Source: Candidatus Poseidoniia archaeon
Lineage (GTDB): Archaea > Thermoplasmatota > Poseidoniia > MGIII > CG-Epi1
Length of the DNA: 64,000 nucleotides
Assembly: GCA_030748895.1 (NCBI GenBank)
Contig: JASMLC010000005.1
Coordinates: 35,517 to 99,516 of the forward strand
Direction of reading: 5' to 3'
Shown here: in pieces, positions 40,141 through 50,002 of the stretch
Position numbering within the stretch: the first letter of the stretch is position 1
Layout: each line of letters starts with the position of its first letter
The notes under the pieces: generated by a model
Databases searched by the model: none
What the model saw: the letters and a program-made list of their open reading frames with translations, nothing else
Told to the model about the DNA's origin: nothing
Made by a program: the position numbers and the translations under genes

Positions 40141-41361
40141 ATGGAGCGAACTATGCAATATAGGAACGCCTACATTCCCTATGGTGGTTATTGGAGCACC
40201 CCGTTCTGCAAGTGGCAGGGTAGTTTTGCTAATCTGCACCCAATGAAATTCGCAGCTAAAGTTGCGAGGGATGCACTGGCAACGCGCCAACTTTCTGCGA
40301 AGATCTTCGACGCTCTACATCTGGGAACAACCGTGCCTTCCAAGTCATCGTTCTACGGTGCACCTTGGATGGCAGGTATGATTGGTGCGGAAAACATTAC
40401 TGGTCCGACAATTGGGCAAGCGTGTGCCACTTCAGCGCGAGTAATTGCCAGTGCTGCGTTCGAGGTAGAAACTGGTGATAAGGCTGAATCTGCGATTCTT
40501 TGCATTACGGCTGATCGCACATCCAACGGACCTCACCTGCTCTACCCAAATCCAGCCTCGCCGGGTGGTAAGGGTGATGCTGAAGATTGGGTTTGGGACA
40601 ATTTCAACTGGGACCCGTTTGCGCGCAATGCTATGCTAGACACTGCCGAAAATGTGGCCAGAGAGGTAGGTATAAGCACAGAAGAGCAGCATGAAGTTGC
40701 TCTGTTGCGCTACGAACAGTATCAGGCTGCACTGATGGACGACGCAGCTTTCCAGCGTCGCTACATGGTTTCGCCAGTAGAAATCAACCCTAGTGGGCGT
40801 AAAGTTATTGGCACAATCAAGACCGATGAGGGGATATTTCCCACAACGTTTGAAGGTTTGGCAAAACTCAAACCAGTACTGCCAGAAGGTAGTGTCACTT
40901 TTGGTGGACAGACCTTCCCAGCAGATGGCAACGCGGGCATGATAATCACCACAGCAGAACGCGCCGCGAAATTAAGTGTGAATTCAGCTATCACAGTACA
41001 GTTACTCAGTTTTGCTCAGGCCAGGGCGAAGAAGGGCTTCATGCCCATGGCAAACGTTCCTGCATCACAACGCGCACTGGAACTGGCTGGAATAGGCATA
41101 TCCGATGTAAAGACAATCAAAACACACAACCCATTTGCAGTGAACGACATCTTCTTCTCACGCGAAATGGGTGTGTCAAAAGAGGCCCTGAATAATTATG
41201 GCTCATCACTAGTCTGGGGCCATCCACAGGGACCAACAGGTATGCGACTGATCATGGAAATGATCGAAGAACTCGCGCATCTTGGTGGAGGCTACGGTCT
41301 GTTCACCGGTTGCGCTGCTGGTGACACTGCGGCGGCGATTGTGTTACGGCTGGATGCATAG
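40141..41361 (+). CDS. thiolase-like protein (acetyl-CoA acetyltransferase family)
   Basis: 406 aa; GQACATSARV active-site Cys region; C-terminal VWGHPQGPTG...GCAAGDT thiolase motifs. Confidence 0.7.
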   Translation: MERTMQYRNAYIPYGGYWSTPFCKWQGSFANLHPMKFAAKVARDALATRQLSAKIFDALHLGTTVPSKSSFYGAPWMAGMIGAENITGPTIGQACATSARVIASAAFEVETGDKAESAILCITADRTSNGPHLLYPNPASPGGKGDAEDWVWDNFNWDPFARNAMLDTAENVAREVGISTEEQHEVALLRYEQYQAALMDDAAFQRRYMVSPVEINPSGRKVIGTIKTDEGIFPTTFEGLAKLKPVLPEGSVTFGGQTFPADGNAGMIITTAERAAKLSVNSAITVQLLSFAQARAKKGFMPMANVPASQRALELAGIGISDVKTIKTHNPFAVNDIFFSREMGVSKEALNNYGSSLVWGHPQGPTGMRLIMEMIEELAHLGGGYGLFTGCAAGDTAAAIVLRLDA

Positions 41362-41412
41362 TTTTACCATCAGCTGGTTTAGAATAATACGTATAATAAG
41401 CGACGGGACTGA

Positions 41413-41793
41413 ATGAAAATCTTACTGTCAAAACCTGGACTTGATGGCCATGATGTAGGTGTGAAGGTGCTAGCGCACGCACTCAGGGAAGCGGGTTTCG
41501 ACATTTTTTACACAGGTCTGAGAAAATCAATCGAGGAAATCGTGAATCAGGCCAGAGAAGTTAACGCCGATATGATAGGCCTTTCCATACTTTCAGGAAC
41601 TCATGTCATCATCTGTCAACGGATGCAGGAAGTTCTGGATGAAGAGGGAGTTACTATTCCGTGGCTGGTTGGCGGCAATATACCACTCGAAGACTTGGAG
41701 ATGATGGAAGGTTGCGGTGCCACAGCAATTTTCCCAACAGGGACAAAAATAGATGAAGTCGTCACTTTTCTCAAAGAATATCAAACAGTATGA
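41413..41793 (+). CDS. cobalamin (B12)-binding small subunit of an acyl-CoA mutase
   Basis: 126 aa; DGHDVG (DxHxxG) B12-binding motif, MCM C-terminal-domain-like. Confidence 0.85.
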   Translation: MKILLSKPGLDGHDVGVKVLAHALREAGFDIFYTGLRKSIEEIVNQAREVNADMIGLSILSGTHVIICQRMQEVLDEEGVTIPWLVGGNIPLEDLEMMEGCGATAIFPTGTKIDEVVTFLKEYQTV

Positions 41794-43430
41794 AAAATCC
41801 AGACAAGAATGAAGGCAATGGCAAATTGTCTAATTTGATGACAGATGATATGAAAAAAGTTCTATTGGAATCTGGTATTGAGGTAAAATCTCTCTACACA
41901 AAAGAAGACGTGGAGAAGTCGGAAGCTGACCATAATCTTCCGGGAGAATATCCTTTCACACGCGGCATCCATCCCTTGATGTATCGTAAACGTCCCTTTA
42001 CCATCAGGCAATACGCTGGCTTCGCGTCTCCCGAAGAAACCAATAAACGATTCAAGTTTTTGATTGAAAATGGCCAAACGGGCCTGAATGTAGCCTTTGA
42101 TCTGCCGACTCAATGCGGATATGATTCGGATAATCCAAAGGCATTTGGTGAAGTGGGGCGTGTTGGTATGGCTGTAGACACACTGGATGATTTCGAAATA
42201 GCATTTGACGGCATCGACCTAGATAAAATAACTGTCTCTCTGACCATCAATGGCGCTGCAATAGTTCTAATGGCGATGTATTTCGCTCTAGCTGAAAAGA
42301 GAGGGTTTGATATTCGCACCTTGAGAGGGACCGCCCAGAATGATATCCTGAAGGAATTCATCGGTAGAGGAACGTGGATTTTTCCAGTAGGCACATCTGT
42401 AAAACTGGTGGTAGACACTGTAGAGTATTGTGCCCGAAACGTCCCCAAATACAGCCCCGTTAGCGTCTGTGGCTACCATATTCGGGAATCGGGCGCTAAT
42501 CCAGTCCAGGAAATGGCTTACGCTTTCAGTATTGCCAAAGCATACACCGATGAAACTCTGAAACGGGGTGTGGACATCGATGAATTCGCATCTCGTCTAT
42601 CATTCAATTTCGATATTTACGGGAATTTATTTGAACAAATTGCCAAGTTCCGTGGAGGTCGCCGTTTATGGGCCAAAATCATTCGAGAAGAATATCGTGC
42701 AAAGAATGACCGGTCATCGTGGATGCGAATGATTGCTGGCGGTGGTGGTGGTGGCCTTACCAAAGAACAGCCTGAGAACAACATTATTCGCAGTGCATAC
42801 TATGCATTAATCAGCGCTCTGTCAGGAACCCAAACCATGGCACTTTGCTCTTATGACGAAGCCTATACCATCCCAACAGAAAAAGCTGCGGAACTTTCAC
42901 TCAGAACTATGCAAATACTTATCCACGAAATGGGGATATGTGACACCGTGGATCCTTTGGGGGGCTCATATTATGTAGAGACACTAACAGATAAGTTTGA
43001 GAACAAAATTAGGGCTGAGATGAAGAAAGTCGAAGCTATGGGAGGTATAGTCGCTGCAATTACTACTGGCGAAATTCAGGATATTATTTCGCATCAGGCA
43101 TATGATAGAGAGAAGAGAATTCAAGGGGGTGACATACCCAAAGTCGGGGTCAACATTTTCCAGAGAGAAGAAACTCCCAAATCGGTAGAATTTCATCCCT
43201 ACAACGCAGAGGCAACAGACTTTCAGGTAGAGAAACTACGTAAGATGAGGAAGAAAAGGAATTCCAAAAAAGTCAATCAATGCCTCAATCTATTGAGAGA
43301 GGATGCCAGAAACGACAAGAATTTGTTACCCCCTGTCATTGAGGCCGTGAAGGAATACGCAACTGTCGGTGAAATTATTCAAACACTCAAAGATGTTTAT
43401 GGTGAATATGAAGAACCTATTTTCTTTTAG
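41790..43430 (+). CDS. acyl-CoA mutase large (catalytic) subunit, methylmalonyl-CoA mutase family
   Basis: 546 aa; FTRGIHPLMYRKRPFTIRQYAGF and TIM-barrel substrate-binding region typical of MCM N-terminal domain; ATGA-coupled to the B12 subunit. Confidence 0.85.
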   Translation: MKNPDKNEGNGKLSNLMTDDMKKVLLESGIEVKSLYTKEDVEKSEADHNLPGEYPFTRGIHPLMYRKRPFTIRQYAGFASPEETNKRFKFLIENGQTGLNVAFDLPTQCGYDSDNPKAFGEVGRVGMAVDTLDDFEIAFDGIDLDKITVSLTINGAAIVLMAMYFALAEKRGFDIRTLRGTAQNDILKEFIGRGTWIFPVGTSVKLVVDTVEYCARNVPKYSPVSVCGYHIRESGANPVQEMAYAFSIAKAYTDETLKRGVDIDEFASRLSFNFDIYGNLFEQIAKFRGGRRLWAKIIREEYRAKNDRSSWMRMIAGGGGGGLTKEQPENNIIRSAYYALISALSGTQTMALCSYDEAYTIPTEKAAELSLRTMQILIHEMGICDTVDPLGGSYYVETLTDKFENKIRAEMKKVEAMGGIVAAITTGEIQDIISHQAYDREKRIQGGDIPKVGVNIFQREETPKSVEFHPYNAEATDFQVEKLRKMRKKRNSKKVNQCLNLLREDARNDKNLLPPVIEAVKEYATVGEIIQTLKDVYGEYEEPIFF

Positions 43431-43601
43431 AGGTTATTAACCATCCACACAATACTTTCTCTTGAGCAAGCACTCACGCTTCCCTACGCTACGCAGCGTT
43501 TCGTCCAGCTGGGCTGGCGAGTCATTCGTATTGAAGCGCCGCGAAAATCAGAACATGAAAACTCTGGTGATCCAAATCGCTATATTGGAGAAGATACAGG
43601 A

Positions 43602-44639
43602 GTGGATGATCTTCACGCCTACTACATCGCTCCGAATGTGGGAAAAGAAGCGATTACTATAAACCTTCAGAAAACAGAAGGGCAGACATTACTAAAACAA
43701 CTAATTCATGAACTCAAAGTTGACATCTTCTTGTGCAACACCCTCCCTAAACGCTATCAGCAGCTGGGCATAGATTTCGAGAGTTTGAAGGAAGCTAATC
43801 CAGCCCTAATCTGGTGCGGGATTTCCGCTTTTGGACCAGACTATCCTGAACGGGCCGGATATGATCCTGCTCTTCAGGCGATGCTCGGATATATGCATCT
43901 AACTGGAGAGTCTGATCGTGATCCTACGATGTGTGGTCTCCCTATTATTGACTTGAGAACCGGCGATGAGGCATTCACACAGATTCTGCTGGCCTTGATG
44001 GAACAGAAAGAAACAGGAAAGGGCAAACGAATTGATGTCTCCATGGCACAATGCGCTGTGTCGTGGCTGATTACAGCATTGCCACAGCTGTCTTTTGTAA
44101 ACAATGAAAAAGACCTCTTCAAACGAAGTGGAAATGAACATCGTAGTTTCATCCCATCTAATTGTTATCCTACAAAAGATGGGTATGTGTACTTGGCTAT
44201 TGGGAGCGACACTCAATGGCTGAAATTAACTCAAATCAAGGATTTCGAACATCTTTCGAAGCCAAGTAGAAATACAAATAACGGACGAAAAGAGGAGAGA
44301 GAAAAAATTTATGCCGATATCAGGAAAGGCCTGAAAAATTATACAACGAAAGCATTTATTGAAATATGCTTGGAGAATAATTTGGCCGTGGCCCCGGTTA
44401 ACACTGTCAAAGAAGTAGCAGCTCTTGATTTTGTCAGAGAGCAAATGGTCAAAACGTGTTTGCCGAACGGTAATGAAGTAAATCTTTTCCCTGCCCCTTT
44501 AATTACAGAATTTTTGGAAGAGAATGATTGTAAGTTGAGTTGTGCACCGAGATTGGGTGAACATAATGAGAGCATTCTGAGCGAAGCTGGTCTTGCTTCA
44601 GAAGAGATTCTAAGGCTGAATAACACTGGCGTGATTTGA
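43602..44639 (+). CDS. family III CoA-transferase (CaiB/BaiF); N-terminus anomalous
   Basis: Homology (LPYATQ...GWRVIRIEAP...GD) continues upstream, in frame, to the stop at 43428-43430 with no ATG/GTG. About 15-20 N-terminal residues of the canonical Rossmann start appear absent. Confidence 0.6.
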   Translation: MDDLHAYYIAPNVGKEAITINLQKTEGQTLLKQLIHELKVDIFLCNTLPKRYQQLGIDFESLKEANPALIWCGISAFGPDYPERAGYDPALQAMLGYMHLTGESDRDPTMCGLPIIDLRTGDEAFTQILLALMEQKETGKGKRIDVSMAQCAVSWLITALPQLSFVNNEKDLFKRSGNEHRSFIPSNCYPTKDGYVYLAIGSDTQWLKLTQIKDFEHLSKPSRNTNNGRKEEREKIYADIRKGLKNYTTKAFIEICLENNLAVAPVNTVKEVAALDFVREQMVKTCLPNGNEVNLFPAPLITEFLEENDCKLSCAPRLGEHNESILSEAGLASEEILRLNNTGVI

Positions 44640-47167
44640 AAGAAACCCACAATTCCAGATTTCAAAACCAAGTTGATGCGTCTGCAGGCAGCACTTTTAT
44701 CCTACAGGGAAATTCTGCTTTTGCACTAGGTGTCATCCACGCCGGTTATCATGCGGCAACTGGATATCCGGGAACGCCAAGTACGGAGGTGATCGATAAA
44801 TCTCTGGCTCACGTCAAGGACCGAATCCAAGTCGGCTGGTCTGTCAACGAGGCGGTAGCCGTTTCCACGGCCTTAGGTCATGCTATGGCAGGTCATGACG
44901 CTCTCGTCACGATGAAAATTCCTGGTGTGTATCAAGCTGCAGATGCTATCACTACCAGTGCGTTTTTCAGTGGAGATGCAGGTGCCCTGGTAATTTACGC
45001 CCCGACTGACTACGTTCCATCAAGCACCCAGCACTTGGTAGACCCCCGCTACTTCTTCGCTTCGACACGGTTGCCAGTATTAGAGCCTCGGAATCACCAG
45101 GAGATGTACGATATTGCCTCAACGGCCGCAGATCTCAGCAGGAAATTCCATACTCCAGTAGTAGTCCTGGCATCAGGAATCCTCGCTCATTCTGAAGCTC
45201 TGATTCGTACAAGAGAATCTCGAATTACTGAGCCACGGGAGCTCCCTGACAATCTCCATGAGTGGATGCTTCTTCCAAATATTGCCAGAGCGAATTATAA
45301 TGAAGCAACCAGAAAGCGAATACCCGAAATTAGGAAGTGGTGTACATCAAGTGACCTTGTTACAGAAACATACGGAACAGAAGACTGGGGGATTATTGCC
45401 AGTGGCTGGAGTGAAATTATTGTCAGGGAAGCCCTTGATATTGCTGAAGCGGATCCATCCATACTTTCCCTCGCCATGACCAATCCTGTCCCTGAAGAGG
45501 CCATAAGGCATTTTGCTCAAAAAATTAAGGGGAAACTGTTTGTCATCGAGGACGGAGACCGGTTTCTGGAGGAAAGAATACGGCTGCTGGATATTCAGGT
45601 CACTGGCAAGGAAGAACTAAGTGTTATCACTAACTGGACTCCTGAAGATGTTCTGAGTTTCCTCTCCGAACACTCGATTATCAGTCACCTGCCTGAGAAA
45701 AAAGATATAGGGCTTGAACCCCTTCCCAGACCGCCTGCAATTTGCCCCGGCTGTCCCTACAAAGCATTCGCCCTAGCAATAGCCAAACTCAAACGAAAAC
45801 GGAAGCTGTATGCGTCTTTTGGCGACATCGGCTGCTCGACACTGCTCTATTTCTACGATGCACTGGATACCGTATCATGCATGGGCGCTTCCGATTCTAT
45901 GCGCCAAGGTTTTGTTCTGTCGCGGCCTGAGATGGCTCATCAGACCATCAGTGTTATTGGCGATTCAACCGAATGCCACTCGGGTATGGATTCCACTCGT
46001 AATGCCGTATTCAGGAATGTCCCTGGCGTGAAGATCATTCTTGATAATTATTCCACGGCAATGACTGGTGGGCAGCCTGCTCCTAGTTCGGAGGTCAATC
46101 TAGAAGGACGACCACACAATTTCAGTCTGAGGAAGGCTATAGAGGCTGAAGGAGGGAGGACTGTTGTCGTAGATGCATTTGACTTGAAAGCCGTTGAAAA
46201 GGAACTGATCACATCCTTGGCTTTGGCTGAGGAAGGTTCATATTCAACTATAATCCTTGAAGGAGACTGCATTCTGGGTGTAGATAAACAGAAGTTAAGC
46301 AGGAGCATAGAATTTGATTATGATAGCTGCCGAAAGTGCGATTTGTGCAATATGTGCCCCGGGATAGAGACAGACAATGAGAGAAAGCCCCACTACACGA
46401 CTCTATGCACCAATTGTGCTGCCAACAATCCAGTCTGTCTACAGCGCTGCCCCTTCGATGCAATTGTAGCTATAGATGAGGGATTGAAAAGTAGGCCACA
46501 GCTACCCGAGCCAGAACCAGTCGAACTGCCAACTATCGAAAGGGATAGTCTGCCTGATTCATTACGAGTCGCCATCAGGGGGATAGGGGGTCAAGGAAAT
46601 CTGTTCTTCGGCAAAATCCTCTCGGAGGTGGCACTAAGGACTCCCTATGCTAATAGCCACATTGTGAAAGGGGACACACAAGGTATGGCTCAATTGGGTG
46701 GCCCCGTTCTCTCTACATTCGGTTGTGGAGATGTTGTCTCTCCAATATTAGCACCAAGTTCTGCTGATGTTTTAGTCGTGATGGAAATCAGTGAAATTCT
46801 CAGACCGGGATTTCTGGGGATGCTGAAACCCGGAGGAACAATCATACTGAACAAGTTCGCTCTGTTGCCGATAACGGCCCAAGAGGAGGAGTATCCACCT
46901 GAGGAAGAAATAATCAAGGCACTTGAGGGGCACAAGGTGGTCCAGATTGATGCCACCGAGGTGGCAATAGATTCTGGAGATCAAACTGCCGAAACAGCAA
47001 ACATGGTGATGCTGGGGGTGCTTTCCATCACAGAACCATTCAATTATATTCCGGACGAAACATGGCAAACCGCTATTCTTGCTCTATCACCTAATCACCG
47101 GAGAGCAATGAATATTGTTGCGTATAACAATGGCCGAAAACAGGGAGAGAATCTGATTCCAACTTAA
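44636..47167 (+). CDS. indolepyruvate/arylpyruvate:ferredoxin oxidoreductase, fused IorA-IorB
   Basis: 843 aa; TPP motif FGDIGCST; two ferredoxin-type Cys groups (CRKCDLCNMCP, CTNCAANNPVCLQRCP); C-terminal ~220 aa resembles the IorB/POR-gamma catalytic domain (GIGGQG). Confidence 0.75.
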   Translation: MKETHNSRFQNQVDASAGSTFILQGNSAFALGVIHAGYHAATGYPGTPSTEVIDKSLAHVKDRIQVGWSVNEAVAVSTALGHAMAGHDALVTMKIPGVYQAADAITTSAFFSGDAGALVIYAPTDYVPSSTQHLVDPRYFFASTRLPVLEPRNHQEMYDIASTAADLSRKFHTPVVVLASGILAHSEALIRTRESRITEPRELPDNLHEWMLLPNIARANYNEATRKRIPEIRKWCTSSDLVTETYGTEDWGIIASGWSEIIVREALDIAEADPSILSLAMTNPVPEEAIRHFAQKIKGKLFVIEDGDRFLEERIRLLDIQVTGKEELSVITNWTPEDVLSFLSEHSIISHLPEKKDIGLEPLPRPPAICPGCPYKAFALAIAKLKRKRKLYASFGDIGCSTLLYFYDALDTVSCMGASDSMRQGFVLSRPEMAHQTISVIGDSTECHSGMDSTRNAVFRNVPGVKIILDNYSTAMTGGQPAPSSEVNLEGRPHNFSLRKAIEAEGGRTVVVDAFDLKAVEKELITSLALAEEGSYSTIILEGDCILGVDKQKLSRSIEFDYDSCRKCDLCNMCPGIETDNERKPHYTTLCTNCAANNPVCLQRCPFDAIVAIDEGLKSRPQLPEPEPVELPTIERDSLPDSLRVAIRGIGGQGNLFFGKILSEVALRTPYANSHIVKGDTQGMAQLGGPVLSTFGCGDVVSPILAPSSADVLVVMEISEILRPGFLGMLKPGGTIILNKFALLPITAQEEEYPPEEEIIKALEGHKVVQIDATEVAIDSGDQTAETANMVMLGVLSITEPFNYIPDETWQTAILALSPNHRRAMNIVAYNNGRKQGENLIPT

Positions 47168-47200
47168 ACATGAACTAACGTCACCCCTGATACCAAGATT

Positions 47201-47698
47201 ATGGAAGAAAACTCCTTTAATATATCATTCACAATCAACGGCAGTTACTGTGAAAAGCAGATTCCTGCATCTCTCCTCCTCATCAATTTGATTCGAGATG
47301 AGTTGAAATTGAAAGGTACTAAACCTGGATGCATGGAAGGGGAGTGTGGCGCCTGTACTGTACTAGTCGATGGAAAGGCGATTAACTCCTGCCTCTTTCC
47401 AGCCATTAACATTACTGGCAGGGAGGTCGTAACAATCGAAGGAATACCAGATGGTGAGAAAACGCTTGATTCGGTACAGGAATCACTAATTCAGCATGGA
47501 GCGGTACAATGCGGTTTCTGCACGCCAGGGATGGTGATGGCCATAAAGTCATTTGTCGATCAATGCAAGATGGAAGGGCATCTCCCAACGAGAGAGGAGA
47601 TTGAGGATTCATTGTCGGGGAATATCTGTCGCTGTACAGGCTACACCAAGATTATCGATGCTTCTGAAGCACTTTTCGATGAATCCTCAGGAACTTGA
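47201..47698 (+). CDS. (2Fe-2S)-binding small subunit of a second XDH/CODH/HcrC-family enzyme
   Basis: CMEGECGACT, CGFCTPG, CRCTGY; 165 aa. Confidence 0.85.
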   Translation: MEENSFNISFTINGSYCEKQIPASLLLINLIRDELKLKGTKPGCMEGECGACTVLVDGKAINSCLFPAINITGREVVTIEGIPDGEKTLDSVQESLIQHGAVQCGFCTPGMVMAIKSFVDQCKMEGHLPTREEIEDSLSGNICRCTGYTKIIDASEALFDESSGT

Positions 47699-50001
47699 TG
47701 AATGTGGAAATGAGTACAATCGGCAAACCAACGCCAAAATTGGATGCTGCTGACCGCGTGAGCGGCAAGGCAGTTTATGGTCCAGACATCGAAATTTCCG
47801 GGATGCTGCATGGTGCTATTTTACGGACTGAATACCCTTCAGCCAGAATAGATTCAATCGATGTGTCACAAGCATTGTCCCTGCCAGGAGTCGAGTGTGT
47901 TATTACTGCAAGTGACATTGATACGAATAACCTCGGTTACCGGAAGGATCATCCCGTCATGAAAGGTGATGAAGTCAATTGTATCAGGGATGAAGTTGCT
48001 GCCGTGGCTGCTGTTACGAAGGAATTGGCTATGGAGGCGCTCAAACTGATTAAAGTAGAATATTCACCACGAAAGGGTATTTTCAATCCGTTCGATGCAC
48101 TGAAAACCACAGCCCCGCAGATTAACCGATTCAACCACGACAAAGAAGGTAATCCGAATATTTCGGAGTCTTTTCATTACGAACACGGCGATATGCAAAA
48201 ACAGAAGGAGAAAAGCACTTGTGTGGTTAGCAGACAGTATGTCCTGCCGAAGGTAGCACATAGTTGCATGGCAACAAGCAACGTTACGGCCAACTATTCT
48301 GATGTGGATGGCAGACTGACGATGTACAGTTCAACCCAGGTCCCCTTCCTCTATCAACGAGAGATTGCACATGCTCTTAAGATGAAACCGTCAAAAATTC
48401 GGGTCATTCAACCTATTATTGGTGGCGGATTTGGAAGTAAACTCGATCTTCACCCATTCGAACCAATCTGTGCTTTACTTTCAATGAAGACGGGGCGGCC
48501 TGTCCAAATTCTATACGACAGGAAAGAGGAATTCATCGCCTCTGCCATCAGACAGTCCATGATAATCGACCTCACCACTGGTATGGACGAGAACGGGAAT
48601 TTTACTTTCAGGGAAGTGAAAATCACAAAGGACAATGGTGCCTACACTTCATGGGGTGCAAGGAGCTCTTTCGTGATGATGCAAACGTTTTCATCACTCT
48701 ACAAAATTCCAGCTTGTACCTATAATGCAGATGCTGTCTACACGAACAATGTCTTTGCTGGCTCCTTTCGGGGATTCGGCAATCCTCAAGCTACTTTCGC
48801 CCTCGAGCGGAACATAGATCTGATGGCTGATAAACTGGGCATTGATAGAGCAGAAATACGCCTACTCAATGCCAATCTTCCTGGAGAAATTACTGGTCAG
48901 GAACTAGTGTACGGTACGTGTGGGCATAAACAAGCTCTAGAATCTGTAGTTAAAAACAGCGATTACAATACGAAGAAAAACGGAACGACCTGTTCCAATC
49001 GCTACAGGCGCGGAATTGGTTTTGCCTCCATGCTCCATGTGGGTGGCGGTGCCAAAATATATCCTTCTGACGGATGCGGTACCACTCTCAAGCTTGATAC
49101 CTATGGCTATTTGACTATCATATCAGGCTCCAGCGAAATCGGACAAGGTTCAGAAACCATATTGGCCATGTTTGCCCGGGAAGAACTGGGGATTGATCTG
49201 GAGAAAATTCGGATTATCAACAGCGATACTGACGTAAAGCCATGGGACGTAGGCGTTCACGCTTCGCGTACAGCTTTCGTGGCTGGTAATTCACTTCTTG
49301 GAGCGCTGAAGAAACTAAAGCATAAGCTTTCGTCAAAAGCCTCCCAGCTACTTGACACGGTCCCAGAAGATTTGATTTATATTGATGGAAATATCCAATC
49401 TGACAAGACAGGTGACTCATACAAAATTGACAAAGTCGTGAGGGAGATCCACTTCAAGACACCACATGAACTGTGTGAAGTTTCATATTTCTATGAGCCT
49501 TCCAGTGAATTTCAGGACAAGCAATACAAGGGAAATGTATCGGGGTGTTACGCATTTGCATCCCAAGCGGTAGAGGTCCAAGTAGACACTCTCACTGGAA
49601 AAGTTGAGGTTCTGGACGTCTATATGGCACAGGATGTAGGAAAAGTACTGAACCCACTGGGGCTTGAAGGACAGATTGAGGGGGGAGTTGCAATGGGGCT
49701 GGGTTACGCCCTGAGCGAAGAACTGTTTTCTGATGAGGGATATCTGCTAAATCCGACATTTCATGATTATAAGTTGCCCACTACGCGTGACATCCCAAGG
49801 ATTCATTTTTATCCTGTGGAAACTGACGAACCGTCGGGACCGTATGGTGCGAAAGGAGTGGCAGAAGCGCCATTAGTCCCTACAGCGGCAGCCGTTACGA
49901 ATGCTGTATGTCACGCCCTAGGTGTTGAAATCAACACCATTCCGCTTACTCCGGAGAGAGTCCTTAGGGCTCTTGACGGGAAACAACAGATTAACAATTG
50001 A
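47695..50001 (+). CDS. molybdopterin-binding large subunit (second copy)
   Basis: 768 aa; paralog of 36668-38944. Confidence 0.8.
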   Translation: MMNVEMSTIGKPTPKLDAADRVSGKAVYGPDIEISGMLHGAILRTEYPSARIDSIDVSQALSLPGVECVITASDIDTNNLGYRKDHPVMKGDEVNCIRDEVAAVAAVTKELAMEALKLIKVEYSPRKGIFNPFDALKTTAPQINRFNHDKEGNPNISESFHYEHGDMQKQKEKSTCVVSRQYVLPKVAHSCMATSNVTANYSDVDGRLTMYSSTQVPFLYQREIAHALKMKPSKIRVIQPIIGGGFGSKLDLHPFEPICALLSMKTGRPVQILYDRKEEFIASAIRQSMIIDLTTGMDENGNFTFREVKITKDNGAYTSWGARSSFVMMQTFSSLYKIPACTYNADAVYTNNVFAGSFRGFGNPQATFALERNIDLMADKLGIDRAEIRLLNANLPGEITGQELVYGTCGHKQALESVVKNSDYNTKKNGTTCSNRYRRGIGFASMLHVGGGAKIYPSDGCGTTLKLDTYGYLTIISGSSEIGQGSETILAMFAREELGIDLEKIRIINSDTDVKPWDVGVHASRTAFVAGNSLLGALKKLKHKLSSKASQLLDTVPEDLIYIDGNIQSDKTGDSYKIDKVVREIHFKTPHELCEVSYFYEPSSEFQDKQYKGNVSGCYAFASQAVEVQVDTLTGKVEVLDVYMAQDVGKVLNPLGLEGQIEGGVAMGLGYALSEELFSDEGYLLNPTFHDYKLPTTRDIPRIHFYPVETDEPSGPYGAKGVAEAPLVPTAAAVTNAVCHALGVEINTIPLTPERVLRALDGKQQINN

Positions 50002-50002
50002 A

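Noticed and set aside
43462-43662. 66-aa ORF (TTG start) upstream of the CoA-transferase
   Set aside because: It is the +1 frame of the region whose other frame carries clear CoA-transferase N-terminal homology, so it is an artefact of the missing canonical start.
49922-50002. Upstream starts given by the ORF track for the FAD subunit (49922), the second FAD subunit (57274) and XdhC (58221)
   Set aside because: Each extension overlaps the 3' end of the preceding gene by 40-80 nt. Internal ATG/GTG starts (50003, 57313, 58257) give stop-start overlaps and N-termini that align with the protein families.
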